The notes: generated by a model not told the origin, from the letters alone. Shown: positions 38,266-48,417, numbered from the stretch's first letter. The stretch: DNA of 64,000 nucleotides from Candidatus Magasanikiibacteriota bacterium (GCA_023246755.1 JAHFHU010000002.1:3702-67701); one strand, 5' to 3'. Program-made: numbers and translations.

Positions 38266-39150
38266 TTGTCGACAAGGAGTCGTTTCATGGTATTTCATCG
38301 GGTTCGGTCACTGCTGTTCAGTCAAGTTAGGTCTCGCGAAGAAATGCATTTATTGCCGCTCACCGCGAGTCATTGGCTTGATCCGGCTGAAATTACTGCG
38401 GTTCTCATCGATCTGCATAGTTACAAAGCGTTTTACTCGACTTCCCCCGAGATCGAAATTTCGGCTCGCTTTGCGACGATTCAGTCGCTTCAGCGGATTC
38501 GATTGGTCAGTCAAGGCACCTTGCCGCTGAATCGCGAACAAACGTTTGTGACGATCGGCATGTGGGATCCGTGTTTTGAGATTAATCAAATCGCGCTGGA
38601 GGACGCGATTGGTCTCATCAGCGGCGTGATTTCAGGCGATTCGTTTGCGGGACTTGGACATTTCAATCGTCAAACGACCATGAGCTACTGTTATATAAGT
38701 GGCTATTTGTACCATGAGCGCTGCACGCTTGATTACGGTCGACTTTTTGTTGACTCACCCGCCGAAACACTTGTGCGTCGTAAGCCGAGTGGTTTCGAGA
38801 CTCTGTCTAAAATCGGTGTTTGGTCGCCCGTTCAGATGGGTGAATTGAATTCGGATTTTATCACGGGTTGTTGGCTGATGGGTCGTCAGGAATTTGCCGA
38901 ATCGGGCGGTTCAGATCGCGCGGTGGTGCGTTTGAGCAATGGTCGGATGCGCGGGGTTGATGTTATGTTTCGGTGCGACGCAGGGCTGATTCGGGTTCAT
39001 GAGCTCGGCGGACCACTGAGCTTGCCCGGAATTTATTTGGGGCATCGCGCAGGTCAGCGGAATCAGGATTTGCCGCGGAGCGTTATCAGTGTGCATCGGG
39101 GTGGTCGATTGACGCGTTCAGGCGTGTTTGCGTTGTCGGTTGCCAAGTGA
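38266..39150 (+). CDS. hypothetical protein
   Basis: 294-aa ORF followed by a GTGTGGG..CCCACAC+T terminator; start uncertain. Confidence 0.55.
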   Translation: MSTRSRFMVFHRVRSLLFSQVRSREEMHLLPLTASHWLDPAEITAVLIDLHSYKAFYSTSPEIEISARFATIQSLQRIRLVSQGTLPLNREQTFVTIGMWDPCFEINQIALEDAIGLISGVISGDSFAGLGHFNRQTTMSYCYISGYLYHERCTLDYGRLFVDSPAETLVRRKPSGFETLSKIGVWSPVQMGELNSDFITGCWLMGRQEFAESGGSDRAVVRLSNGRMRGVDVMFRCDAGLIRVHELGGPLSLPGIYLGHRAGQRNQDLPRSVISVHRGGRLTRSGVFALSVAK

Positions 39151-39265
39151 GATCGGTAGGAACTTTGCGCGCGAGACATTTGCGCGCAGTGTGTTGGTGT
39201 GGGTCTGCGAACTGCGGGCCCACACCTTCTTTTTTTTAGCGCGCCCTGCTACACTGGGTTTCGAT

Positions 39266-41980
39266 ATGTCACACAAAATCACGACTTCTGAACCAACGCG
39301 CCGTTTACTAATTTTTGACGGCAATGCGATTATTCATCGGTGTTTTCATGCGATTCCCCCACTCGCGACAAAGGATGGGGTTTTGGTCAACGCCGTGTAC
39401 GGTTTTTTGATGATGTTTTTGAAAGCGGTGAAGGATTTGAAGCCGACGCACGTGGTGGTGACGTTTGATATGGCGGGGCCGACGTTTCGCCACGAGGAGT
39501 TTGCCGAATATAAAGCAACACGCGTCAAGCAAGCGCCGGAGTTGTACGCGCAAATTCCGATTACGAAAGAAGTTTTGGGCGCGATGGGCGTGCAGATTTT
39601 TGAGAAAAAAGGTTTTGAGGCGGATGATGTGATTGGAACGATTGCGACGTTGGCGCGGCACGAACGACCGACGGTTGAGTCGATTATCGTGACCGGTGAT
39701 ATGGATGCGTTGCAGCTCATCAACACGACGACACGCGTGTACACGATGCGCCGCGGAATTTCGGACACGCTGATTTTTGATGCGGCCGCGGTGCGCGAAA
39801 AGTTTGGGTTTGATCCGGAGTTTGTTGTTGATTATAAAGCGTTGCGGGGTGATGTGTCGGATAATATTCCGGGAGTGAAAGGTGTGGGCGAAAAAACGGG
39901 CATGGAGTTGGTGAAAAAGTTTGGGACGATTGAAAAAATGTATGCGGCGCTCGATGTTGGTGAAAAAATTGAGGGTGTGAGCGAGCGGATGCGCGGATTG
40001 CTGGTTGAGAAAAAAGCGGATGCGATTCAAAGTAAGCGACTCGCGACTATTGTGTGTGATGTGCCGCTTGATTTTTCGTTTGGAAAAACCGCGTATGTGC
40101 CGGTTGAGCGCGATGCGATTTTTCCGGTATTTCAAAAGTTGGGATTTTTGTCGTTGCTCCAGCGGTTGCCGAGTTCGACTGCGGGCGTGACCGAAGTTGT
40201 TGAGCCGAAAAAGAAAATACAATTGATTGTTGCGAAAGATGTGGTGAAGACGCGCGCGGTTGTTGAAAAAATGTTGAAGCAGCGCGCGGTTGCGGCATAT
40301 TTGATGAAGCCGGTGCAGCAGGATTTGTTTGGTGCGTCGGCGCCGATGCTTGGGTTTGCGTGGGAGGGCTCGATTGCAGCCGTTGAGGTGAATTTCGAAT
40401 CGCAGTGGGATGAGATTGGTCGATTATTTTTGGATAAAAAATGTGCGCTCGTTGCACATGATGTGAAGCAATTGATGCATGAATTGGCGCAGCATGGAAT
40501 TCGGGTGGGCGGTGAAATTTTTGATGTGATGATTGCGGCATATGTGTTGCAAGCCGGAACGCGTTCGCATGATCTGCCAAATTTGGTGATTACTGTTTTG
40601 GGTGAGGATGTGCCCGTTGTTGAGTGGGCGTATGGCGATCCGACACGTGCGGCGCGCGGGGCTGAACGTGTGTGGCGCGTTGCGGAAAAATTGCGCGTGG
40701 AAATTAGCGAAAAGGGTTTTGCAAAATTATTTGATGAAATTGAAATGCCGCTCGTTGCGCCGCTTGCACGCATGGAACGATATGGGATCGAAGCGGATGG
40801 AAAATATTTGACGAAGCTTGATAAAAAATTGAGTGGCGAGTTGGAAAAAATTTCAAAGCGAATTTATAAAATGGCGGGGCGAGAATTTAATATTGCATCG
40901 CCGCAACAAGTTTCGGAAATTTTATTTGATGTGTTGAAATTGTCCGCTGCGGGAATTAAGCGCGGGAAAACGGGTGGAATTTCAACGGCAGCGGGTGAGC
41001 TCGACAAGTTGCAGGGCACCCATGAAATTATCGATTCGATTTTGGAGCATCGCGAAATTTCGAAATTGTTGAACACATATGTTGAGGCGTTGCCAAAATT
41101 GATTGCGGCGGATGGACGCGTGCACACGACATTCAATCAGGCCGTTGCGGCGACAGGCCGGTTGTCGTCATCGAATCCAAATTTGCAAAATATTCCGGTG
41201 CGCACGGAGTTGGGGCGCGATATTCGGCGTGCGTTTGTTGCGGCGGATGGGTATGAATTGTTGTCGTGCGATTATTCGCAATTTGAGTTGCGTATCGCAG
41301 CACATTTGGCGCGTGATAAAAAACTGATCGAAATTTTTGAGGCGGGGCTCGACGTGCATACGGCAACGGCAGCGGAAATTCACGGCGTGCCGCTTGCGGA
41401 GGTGACTAAGGAGATGCGATTTTCGGCGAAGGAGGTCAATTTTGGGGTGATGTATGGAATGGGTGCGTGGGGTTTGGCCGGCCGCACGGGTTTGTCACGC
41501 GAGGAGGCACGCGCATTTATCGACAAATACATGGCGACGTTTAGCGGGGTTGCGGCGTATCTCGAAGAAACGAAGGTTATTGCGCGCAAACTTGGTTATG
41601 CGGAAACAATGTTTGGACGACGACGCTATTTGCCGGAATTGTCGTCGGGCGTTGCGGCGGTGCGCGCTGCGGGTGAACGCATGGCGGTAAATATGCCGAT
41701 TCAAGGGACGCAGGCGGATATTTTGAAAATTGCGATGATTGAAATTGATGCATTATTGGCGCGTGAGTATGGATTTGGATTCGGGGTGACGGTTGAAGAG
41801 CGCGCGTGTCCAGCGCGAATGCTTTTGCAGGTGCATGATGAGTTGATTTTTGAAATTAAAAAAGGGCTGGCCGCGGAATTGGCGCCACGGATTTTGGAAA
41901 TTATGTCGGGTGTGGTGAAGTTGGTGGTGCCGGTTAAAGTTGATTTTGAGGTTGGAGGGAATTGGGCGGATTTGGATTAA
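39266..41980 (+). CDS. polA: DNA polymerase I
   Basis: 5'-3' exonuclease (IFDGN, FEADD, GDVSDNIPG), TGRLSS.NPNLQNIP, DYSQFELR, LLQVHDEL. Confidence 0.98.
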   Translation: MSHKITTSEPTRRLLIFDGNAIIHRCFHAIPPLATKDGVLVNAVYGFLMMFLKAVKDLKPTHVVVTFDMAGPTFRHEEFAEYKATRVKQAPELYAQIPITKEVLGAMGVQIFEKKGFEADDVIGTIATLARHERPTVESIIVTGDMDALQLINTTTRVYTMRRGISDTLIFDAAAVREKFGFDPEFVVDYKALRGDVSDNIPGVKGVGEKTGMELVKKFGTIEKMYAALDVGEKIEGVSERMRGLLVEKKADAIQSKRLATIVCDVPLDFSFGKTAYVPVERDAIFPVFQKLGFLSLLQRLPSSTAGVTEVVEPKKKIQLIVAKDVVKTRAVVEKMLKQRAVAAYLMKPVQQDLFGASAPMLGFAWEGSIAAVEVNFESQWDEIGRLFLDKKCALVAHDVKQLMHELAQHGIRVGGEIFDVMIAAYVLQAGTRSHDLPNLVITVLGEDVPVVEWAYGDPTRAARGAERVWRVAEKLRVEISEKGFAKLFDEIEMPLVAPLARMERYGIEADGKYLTKLDKKLSGELEKISKRIYKMAGREFNIASPQQVSEILFDVLKLSAAGIKRGKTGGISTAAGELDKLQGTHEIIDSILEHREISKLLNTYVEALPKLIAADGRVHTTFNQAVAATGRLSSSNPNLQNIPVRTELGRDIRRAFVAADGYELLSCDYSQFELRIAAHLARDKKLIEIFEAGLDVHTATAAEIHGVPLAEVTKEMRFSAKEVNFGVMYGMGAWGLAGRTGLSREEARAFIDKYMATFSGVAAYLEETKVIARKLGYAETMFGRRRYLPELSSGVAAVRAAGERMAVNMPIQGTQADILKIAMIEIDALLAREYGFGFGVTVEERACPARMLLQVHDELIFEIKKGLAAELAPRILEIMSGVVKLVVPVKVDFEVGGNWADLD

Positions 41981-42010
41981 ATTTTTGCATTGCGGTAAGA
42001 TGTGGGCGCT

Positions 42011-42976
42011 ATGGTTTTGTATGTGTACGGGCCGGACACGAAGCGTTCGCGCGAGCATCTCGACAAATTGATCGAGAAATTTTATCGTGAGCGCGATCCG
42101 CAGAAATTGAATGTGAAGCGTGTGGTGGTTGGCGACGCTGATGATGGGTGTGATGTGCGGGGTGAGTTGATGACCGCGCCGTTTTTGGCCGAGAAGCGCA
42201 TGGTCGTGCTGGAACGGATGCTTGAACGCGGCGACGCGGATCTGCTTGCGTGGTTTGAAGCGCGATGTGTCGAGCGTGAACCGCCGAGCGACACGATTAT
42301 TGTTGTCTGGGAGGAAGAGCCGGTTAAAAAAGCGCGCGCGGCGAGTGAAAAGTTGCACGCGCGACTCGTGGAGTCAAAATTTGCGCAGGAGTTTACGACG
42401 CTTGAGGGGAAAAAACGTGAGGCGTGGGTTGTGCGCGCGATTGCGGAGCGCGGCGGTTCGATTTCGGCAGATGCGGCGAGTGAATTGACACGGCGTTTGT
42501 CGGATGAGTATGAAGTATCAAACGCGATTGATGTGTTGGTTGCGTATGCGGGTGGCGCGCGCGTGATTGGTGTGCGTGATGTTGATTTATTTTTACCACC
42601 AGATGTTGAAAGTAAAATTTTTGAGGCAATGGATTTGTTGTCGATGAAAAAACATGGTGCTGCGATGAAGCAATTGGCGAATGTGTGGTTTGTGGACAAT
42701 GATCCGGTGTACATTTTTGCGATGCTGCATCGTCAGGTTCGGTTGTTGTTTCAGACGCGCGAGCTGCTCGATGATAATCCGAACGTGAGCGATATGGCGA
42801 TTTCAAAAACGCTCGGCGTGCATGCGTTTGTCGCGAAAAAAATGTTGGGGCAGGCGCGATTGTGGACGCGCGTCGAACTGATTGCGTGGTACGATCGGTT
42901 GATTGAGATTGATTATGCGATCAAACACGGCACGGTTGATGCGCGCGTTCTTATCGATAAATTTGTTGCGGTTTGA
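42011..42976 (+). CDS. holA: DNA polymerase III delta subunit
   Basis: LYVYGPD, PFLAEKRMVV, IFEAMD, HAFVAKK, IDYAIKHG. Confidence 0.85.
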   Translation: MVLYVYGPDTKRSREHLDKLIEKFYRERDPQKLNVKRVVVGDADDGCDVRGELMTAPFLAEKRMVVLERMLERGDADLLAWFEARCVEREPPSDTIIVVWEEEPVKKARAASEKLHARLVESKFAQEFTTLEGKKREAWVVRAIAERGGSISADAASELTRRLSDEYEVSNAIDVLVAYAGGARVIGVRDVDLFLPPDVESKIFEAMDLLSMKKHGAAMKQLANVWFVDNDPVYIFAMLHRQVRLLFQTRELLDDNPNVSDMAISKTLGVHAFVAKKMLGQARLWTRVELIAWYDRLIEIDYAIKHGTVDARVLIDKFVAV

Positions 42977-43003
42977 TTCGTCCCTCACTATACTGCACTG
43001 TAT

Positions 43004-44872
43004 ATGAATATTAGGGTATTTCCCCGCATGTTGAGCTTTGTTTTTGCGTTTTTGCTCAGCATACCTTTTTTTGTTGCCAATGATTTTTTGTTACCATTAT
43101 CGACTATTCGTGTGACTGCGTGGGCTGTAGGTATCATCGCATTGTTCGTCATATTTTTATTTTGGATATTCCGTAGTGCGACCGTGCGGATTGAGCTGAA
43201 CAGTGTTTTACAGCATCCGGTTGTGATTTGTTATGCGGCTTTTCTTGCTTGGTTGACGGTGCGGTCAGCATTTGTTTGGTCTGAATATACGTGGTGGGGC
43301 ACGTGGGCTCGTGGCGATGGTTTGTGGATGCAGTGGTCATGGCTAATCGTGTTAATCATTGCTGTTATTTGGCATCGCGTATCGCCCATAGTTTTTTCAA
43401 AAATTTTGATGTATGCGGTATCTATTTTAATAACAACCACCATAATTTCACGATTTGGTGCCACAGGTGTTCAATCAGATCGGTGGTCCGGTTTTGTTGG
43501 AAACCCACTTTATTTCTCCGCCTTGGTTTTATTTATTCCATGGTTTGCGTACGCGGCGTCTGCGCAGATAATTCATAAGACACACAGAAAATTTTTTATC
43601 ACGAGCATGCTAATTGTTACGGGTCTGCTTCTGTATTTTTCTGGTTCACGTGGTGCATTAGTCGCTGCTGCTGCCGGTGTTTTTATTTGGGCCATTGCTC
43701 GAGTTGCAAATCAAAAATACCGGGTAATCATTTTTGTGTTTATGACCCTGTATGTTTTTTTTGGGTATAAGTATTTTTTGATTGCTGATCGAAGTAGTAC
43801 GATTTATTCTCGTCTTGCATTGTGGAGTGCTGCACGCGATGAATTCAAAAATAGGCCAATCATTGGCTATGGATTTGGTGAACATCTCAACGTAATTTCG
43901 CATAACCTAATTCCATTATTTCGGGTTATGCCCAGTGAACAAGTGACAGATACTACGCACTCATTATTCATTGATGTTGCACTCGCGGGTGGCTTAGTCG
44001 CGCTCACGCTATTAGCTCTCTGGATATTTTTTTCTGTTCGATCGATTAATGCGCTTGGTATAGATGATCGTGGTGTTGCGCTGGCGACATTTTTTGCGTA
44101 CTTATTTTTTGGTATCTCTTTTATTTGGAGTCCGTGGTCGCAGATATTTTTATTATTTATATTGGTACCGATTATAGCAAAAACACTGAACATTACTAAA
44201 AATAATAATACATCATTTATATTTTTTCTGGTCATGATTATCATTTTTTGTTCATCCGTGTTTGTTATTTTGACGTTACCTGTTCAGGCGGCTGTTGGTT
44301 ACCGTGCAGCAATTAATCCACAACAGATGAATGATGCGACTGGGATGATGCCGTTCAGTCGTGATCGCGATGGCATTTTGGCGCGCCAGTTTGCAAAATT
44401 TTTGGATGCACAAAATGAGGGTGTTATTGGTCAAGATCTATTGGCGCGTTTTGAGCTGCGTGCCCATGAGCGTGAAACACTTGTAGCAGACCGTCACGCA
44501 TTTGCAGTTGTTTTTTTTAAGCTTGCGCAGAAGTCTGCGGCGCATCAAAATTTGTATGCGTTAGCTGAAGAGTCGTTGCGCGCTTGTCTTGTTCAAAGTA
44601 TCGATCGTCCCGCATCTGTATTTCAGCTCGCGATCGTTCTTTTTTCCGAGGGCAGGTTTACAGAGTCACTAGATCTTTTGAAAAAATTTCGAGATATACA
44701 CGCAGATATTCCAGAGGCATTTATCTTTTATGGACTACTTGCTGATGTATCAGGCAAAAGTGATGAAGCTCATGTTGCAGCACAGCAAGCAGTTGTGCTT
44801 CGACCACTTGATGCGGGTTGGGACGATAATTATTTGTTGTGGCTCAAGGATATATTGGGTCGGCATCGTTAA
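43004..44872 (+). CDS. O-antigen ligase/oligosaccharyltransferase family protein with TPR-like tail
   Basis: Multiple TM helices, GFVGNP, SGSRGA, SRLALW, PIIGYG, THS. Confidence 0.75.
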   Translation: MNIRVFPRMLSFVFAFLLSIPFFVANDFLLPLSTIRVTAWAVGIIALFVIFLFWIFRSATVRIELNSVLQHPVVICYAAFLAWLTVRSAFVWSEYTWWGTWARGDGLWMQWSWLIVLIIAVIWHRVSPIVFSKILMYAVSILITTTIISRFGATGVQSDRWSGFVGNPLYFSALVLFIPWFAYAASAQIIHKTHRKFFITSMLIVTGLLLYFSGSRGALVAAAAGVFIWAIARVANQKYRVIIFVFMTLYVFFGYKYFLIADRSSTIYSRLALWSAARDEFKNRPIIGYGFGEHLNVISHNLIPLFRVMPSEQVTDTTHSLFIDVALAGGLVALTLLALWIFFSVRSINALGIDDRGVALATFFAYLFFGISFIWSPWSQIFLLFILVPIIAKTLNITKNNNTSFIFFLVMIIIFCSSVFVILTLPVQAAVGYRAAINPQQMNDATGMMPFSRDRDGILARQFAKFLDAQNEGVIGQDLLARFELRAHERETLVADRHAFAVVFFKLAQKSAAHQNLYALAEESLRACLVQSIDRPASVFQLAIVLFSEGRFTESLDLLKKFRDIHADIPEAFIFYGLLADVSGKSDEAHVAAQQAVVLRPLDAGWDDNYLLWLKDILGRHR

Positions 44873-45016
44873 CGAATAACATGTGATTAATTTTCTCGTT
44901 ACGGTTCTTATGGTACAATGATGAGTGCTGTGGTGGTATTTTATTTTGTAATCACTCACACAGCGTTTGATTATTCGAAACCGTAGTGGAGGGTAGGATC
45001 TAACTTACTAAAAAAT

Positions 45017-45628
45017 ATGAAAAATACACACTTCGTTTTTTTGTTCGCGACACTATTATTCGCTGGTTCTGGATGTGGGGATTCGGCACCGGCCACAACA
45101 GCTCCGTCTGAAAAAGCGTCCGCTTCACAGCAGGCACAGAATCCGACGCCAACAGCTCAAATCGCGCAACGCATGCCTCGATACACGCATACCAAGTATG
45201 GTTTCTCGATTGAACCGCCGCTCAATTGGAAGGTTGATGAATCTAAGCCGGGCCTGGCACTCATGATTTCGAGTGATCATGCAGATGAGGCATCTGCAAA
45301 ATTTAATTATCGTGCAAATATTAATGTGCAGGTTACGCAACTAACCAATGGTTCGGTTGCTGAAACCGCAAAAAAATTCGTGAGCTCATTTGGAAGTTCG
45401 TGGAATTCGGTTAAGGTTCTCGAAGAGGGGCCGGCAAAAGTTGGTGACGCCGAGGCATACAAGGTTGTCGTTGATTTGGCTGGTGACGATTATTCTCCAC
45501 GCGGAGAGTGCTTTGTTGTGCGAGCGGATGCGATTGATGGCGCGGTGGTATGTGGATACGCTTTGGACTCAAAGTGGGCTGAAAATAAGGACATTCTTGA
45601 GTCGTCTCTCGCAACGTTCAAACCATAA
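45017..45628 (+). CDS. lipoprotein, PsbP/DcrB-like fold
   Basis: Lipobox AGSGC; YGFSIEPPLNW; ends SLATFKP. Confidence 0.65.
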   Translation: MKNTHFVFLFATLLFAGSGCGDSAPATTAPSEKASASQQAQNPTPTAQIAQRMPRYTHTKYGFSIEPPLNWKVDESKPGLALMISSDHADEASAKFNYRANINVQVTQLTNGSVAETAKKFVSSFGSSWNSVKVLEEGPAKVGDAEAYKVVVDLAGDDYSPRGECFVVRADAIDGAVVCGYALDSKWAENKDILESSLATFKP

Positions 45629-45703
45629 TATTGACTAGTTTGGATCGGTTTGCTAAACTACGGACACGCAAAACTTTATTACACGCTCATGTAACTAACG
45701 GTT

Positions 45704-45964
45704 ATGCCAAATTTGGCTCAAGCAAAAAAAGCACTTCGTAAATCGAAAAAAGCGTTTATTCGCAATGAGGCGATTCGCGATGGTGTTCGTAAATTAAAAA
45801 AAGCCGCTCGTGTCGCGGTTGACGGGAAAGATAAGTCAGGCGCGGCAAAAGCAGCGCACGAATTACAAGTCGCTGTCGATAAGGCAGCAAAGCGCGGAAT
45901 TCTTCATAAGAATAAAGCGGCTCGTCTCAAATCACGTTTGGCAAAAAAGATTCGTTCACTCTAA
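45704..45964 (+). CDS. rpsT: 30S ribosomal protein S20
   Basis: MPN..AKKA, DKAAKRGILHKNKAARLKSRL. Confidence 0.97.
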   Translation: MPNLAQAKKALRKSKKAFIRNEAIRDGVRKLKKAARVAVDGKDKSGAAKAAHELQVAVDKAAKRGILHKNKAARLKSRLAKKIRSL

Positions 45965-45974
45965 ACAGTGAAAT

Positions 45975-46007
45975 AAAAAATCTCCGGTGATAAGCCGGAG
46001 ATTTTTT
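45975..46007. terminator. bidirectional terminator
   Basis: AAAAAATCTCCGG-TGATAAG-CCGGAGATTTTTT. Confidence 0.85.
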
Positions 46008-47068
46008 TATTCTTCTGATTGACCTGTCGGTAATTCAGCGAGTTCAATTTGCGCAACTTTTTCAAATTTAGAATCAAATTTTTCGAGACGTTTGCGCGAA
46101 TCATCAAATGCGCGTGCGGCATTGGTCAGGTGTTTTCCAACGAGACCATAATCGCCATTGAATCGCTCGAGATCACCTTTGAGACGCGAAAGATTTTGCA
46201 TCATTTCGCGCGCGCTCGATTCAATTTGCATCCCGCGAAGTCCGAGTAAAATTGTTTGCAGATAAACATAAAAACTGTTCGGCGAAACAGGAATTACGTT
46301 CCGACTATGCGCATAATGCACCAAATCATTCTCCTCGACCCCCTTCACAATTGTTTCGTAGTAAACATTTTCGGCAGGAATATACATGAGTGCAATATTG
46401 AGCGTGCCCTCGTCAGGTAAAATATATTGCTTTGCAATTTTATCAATGTGCTTTTTTACATCGCTCACAAACATTTTTTTGTGTACATCTTTTTCCTCGT
46501 CGGGAGCGGCCAGCATTTTCTGAAAATTTTCGAGTGGAAATTTTGAATCAACAGGTACGAGCATGTTATCGCGCAACTTCACAACCGCATCAACAACCTC
46601 ACCAGATTGAAAACGATGTTGTTCTGTGTAATGTTCAGATGGTAAAATCTGCGCTAATAAATTTCCAAGAAAAAATTCACCAATAGTTCCACGCAATTTT
46701 GGCGATCGTAAAATTTCTTGTAACGACGCAATATCTTTTCCAACATCGTAGATCCGTTTGTTTGCTTCTTCGAGTTGTGCGAGTTTGTTGGTGACAATCG
46801 CGTACGACCGCGCAGCAACATCAAGCCGCTCCCCCATTGTTTGATTTGTGTGCTGCTGCGATTGCGTATTTTCCCGCAGCCGATCATTCATTTGTTTGGT
46901 GATCGCATTCAATTGTTGTAAAACAGTTTGTGTTGTATTCTGTAGCTGCCGCTCAAGATGCGCATCCCCACCTTGATTATTTTTGTGAAACCGATATAGT
47001 ATTGCAAGTGCGACACAGAGCGCGGCGCACAAAATGACGAATGCGATTGTAAGGATTGTTGTAAACAT
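46007..47068 (-). CDS. rmuC: DNA recombination protein RmuC
   Basis: N-terminal TM, coiled coil, PKLRG.IGE, VDSKFP, YILP.EGT, MYIPAE. Confidence 0.9.
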   Translation of the reverse strand: MFTTILTIAFVILCAALCVALAILYRFHKNNQGGDAHLERQLQNTTQTVLQQLNAITKQMNDRLRENTQSQQHTNQTMGERLDVAARSYAIVTNKLAQLEEANKRIYDVGKDIASLQEILRSPKLRGTIGEFFLGNLLAQILPSEHYTEQHRFQSGEVVDAVVKLRDNMLVPVDSKFPLENFQKMLAAPDEEKDVHKKMFVSDVKKHIDKIAKQYILPDEGTLNIALMYIPAENVYYETIVKGVEENDLVHYAHSRNVIPVSPNSFYVYLQTILLGLRGMQIESSAREMMQNLSRLKGDLERFNGDYGLVGKHLTNAARAFDDSRKRLEKFDSKFEKVAQIELAELPTGQSEE

Positions 47069-47144
47069 AGAAACGCAAGTATAACACGTTCGGGATTTGT
47101 TCGGTAGATGTGTATAACTTGTGGATGATTTGTGTACAAAACGT

Positions 47145-47217
47145 GTCCCTGTAGTTCAACTGGATAGAACTGCCCCGTCCTAAGGGGTTAATGGGTGTTC
47201 AAATCACCCCGGGGGCA
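47145..47217 (+). tRNA. tRNA-Arg(CCT)
   Basis: GTCCCTG/CGGGGGC acceptor, GTTC/GAAC D stem, GCCCC-GT CCT AA-GGGGT, TTCAAAT. Confidence 0.88.
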
Positions 47218-47219
47218 AA

Positions 47220-47969
47220 TTAACTTTTTCTTTTCGATTGCTCATTTTCCCATGCGAGATCAAAAAGTGCTTGCACGGTATCTGCAATTTCTTGACTTTC
47301 AATAATAACGGTAATAATTTTGCCATCGAGCGTTGAAAACGCGACTTTATTTCCATAGATAAAAATGTCACCACCAAATTTTTTGTGTGGCTGTGTCACT
47401 TTAATGGTATCGACTTCTTTTCTGGGCGGCGCCATAAGTGTTCCCGTGTGGAGTGCACGCCCATGCACGTTGAGTTTTGCCATGTTTGCACGCAATGGCT
47501 GAAGATCCTGTGGTGTGAACACTTTAAAAACAGTGTCTGCATTATACAATTCGCAGGTGTTATTTGGCTTTGTTGCGACAACGTCCTCGAGGTATGTTTT
47601 GAGGCCTTCGATTCCCTCAAGCAATTTAACTGTTGGTTTTTCGCCACGTTGTTTAAGTTTGAGTTCATCAATCGATGATTGAATTTCATGTAGTATGTTT
47701 TCAACATCACCAACCTTGCTTTGTACAAACGAAATAAGCCGCTCGGGATTTTCTGCGGTATAGAGCGTTTTTTTGCCGGTTTGCATCGAGCTCATTAATC
47801 CACGCATTTTAAGCGATTCGATCGCTGTATAGGTTGTCATGCGAGAAACTCCGGCCTTTTTGGCGATATCTTGAACGGGTGTGGGTCCAAGTTCAAGTGA
47901 AAGCAGGTAAATAATTGCCTCACTATCGGTTAGTCCGAGAGATTTGAGAATTTTTTTCCATTGTGCCAT
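47220..47969 (-). CDS. TrmB-family transcriptional regulator
   Basis: LGLTDSEA.IYL..LELGP..IAK.AGVSR.TTY HTH; KPTVKLLEGIEG. Confidence 0.85.
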   Translation of the reverse strand: MAQWKKILKSLGLTDSEAIIYLLSLELGPTPVQDIAKKAGVSRMTTYTAIESLKMRGLMSSMQTGKKTLYTAENPERLISFVQSKVGDVENILHEIQSSIDELKLKQRGEKPTVKLLEGIEGLKTYLEDVVATKPNNTCELYNADTVFKVFTPQDLQPLRANMAKLNVHGRALHTGTLMAPPRKEVDTIKVTQPHKKFGGDIFIYGNKVAFSTLDGKIITVIIESQEIADTVQALFDLAWENEQSKRKS

Positions 47970-47983
47970 ATTTTGTCTAGTGA

Positions 47984-48307
47984 TTAGACAGATTTTAGCA
48001 CATCGCTCCTCCATTGTAAATAGCACAGGAGTTTTGGCCCATATAATCGGTCATCGATAAATGGGATGACGCAGCCGAGTAGTTTTTTACGCGATCTGGT
48101 TATAAGCAAGAGATACTCCGTATTTTTTTCTCGATATAATCTCGGCTTTTGATTAAGATTTAGTGATCGCGCAACATAATCGAGCAATTCAAAATTTTCT
48201 GGTGACATTTTTATTTGAAAACCGAATTGTTCTGTACGTGCGGACTTAATATGTATAAATGTGCCACATACGGAAATTACGCCTGCGACGAAATCTGGTG
48301 AGAGCAT
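47984..48307 (-). CDS. single-motif LAGLIDADG-fold protein, catalytic acid apparently lost
   Basis: LSPDFVAGVISVCGTF versus the typical xxAGFIDGEGxF; FQI.M; IPFID..L.G.K...Y..W. Confidence 0.6.
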   Translation of the reverse strand: MLSPDFVAGVISVCGTFIHIKSARTEQFGFQIKMSPENFELLDYVARSLNLNQKPRLYREKNTEYLLLITRSRKKLLGCVIPFIDDRLYGPKLLCYLQWRSDVLKSV

Positions 48308-48320
48308 ATTTTATTGGTAT

Positions 48321-48346
48321 TTCAATGTTTCACGTGAAACATTGAA
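48321..48346. promoter_or_regulatory. parS site 1
   Basis: TGTTTCACGTGAAACA (48326-48341) within a perfect 26-bp palindrome. Confidence 0.92.
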
Positions 48347-48393
48347 GCTTAAATCTGTTGTTTTAATAATTTTGAAACTACAAGCAAAGAGTT

Positions 48394-48417
48394 TTTTGGT
48401 TTCACGTGAAACCAAAA
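48394..48417. promoter_or_regulatory. parS site 2
   Basis: GGTTTCACGTGAAACC (48398-48413) within a perfect 24-bp palindrome. Confidence 0.85.

Noticed and set aside
37045-38298. 417-aa minus-strand ORF (likewise 9406-10269, 39308-40222, 54118-54753, 60696-61610)
   Set aside because: Antisense shadows of better-supported genes, with no motifs.
47145-47217. tRNA read as a CTA amber suppressor
   Set aside because: The 5-bp stem and 7-nt loop register place CCT at 34-36, so Arg.
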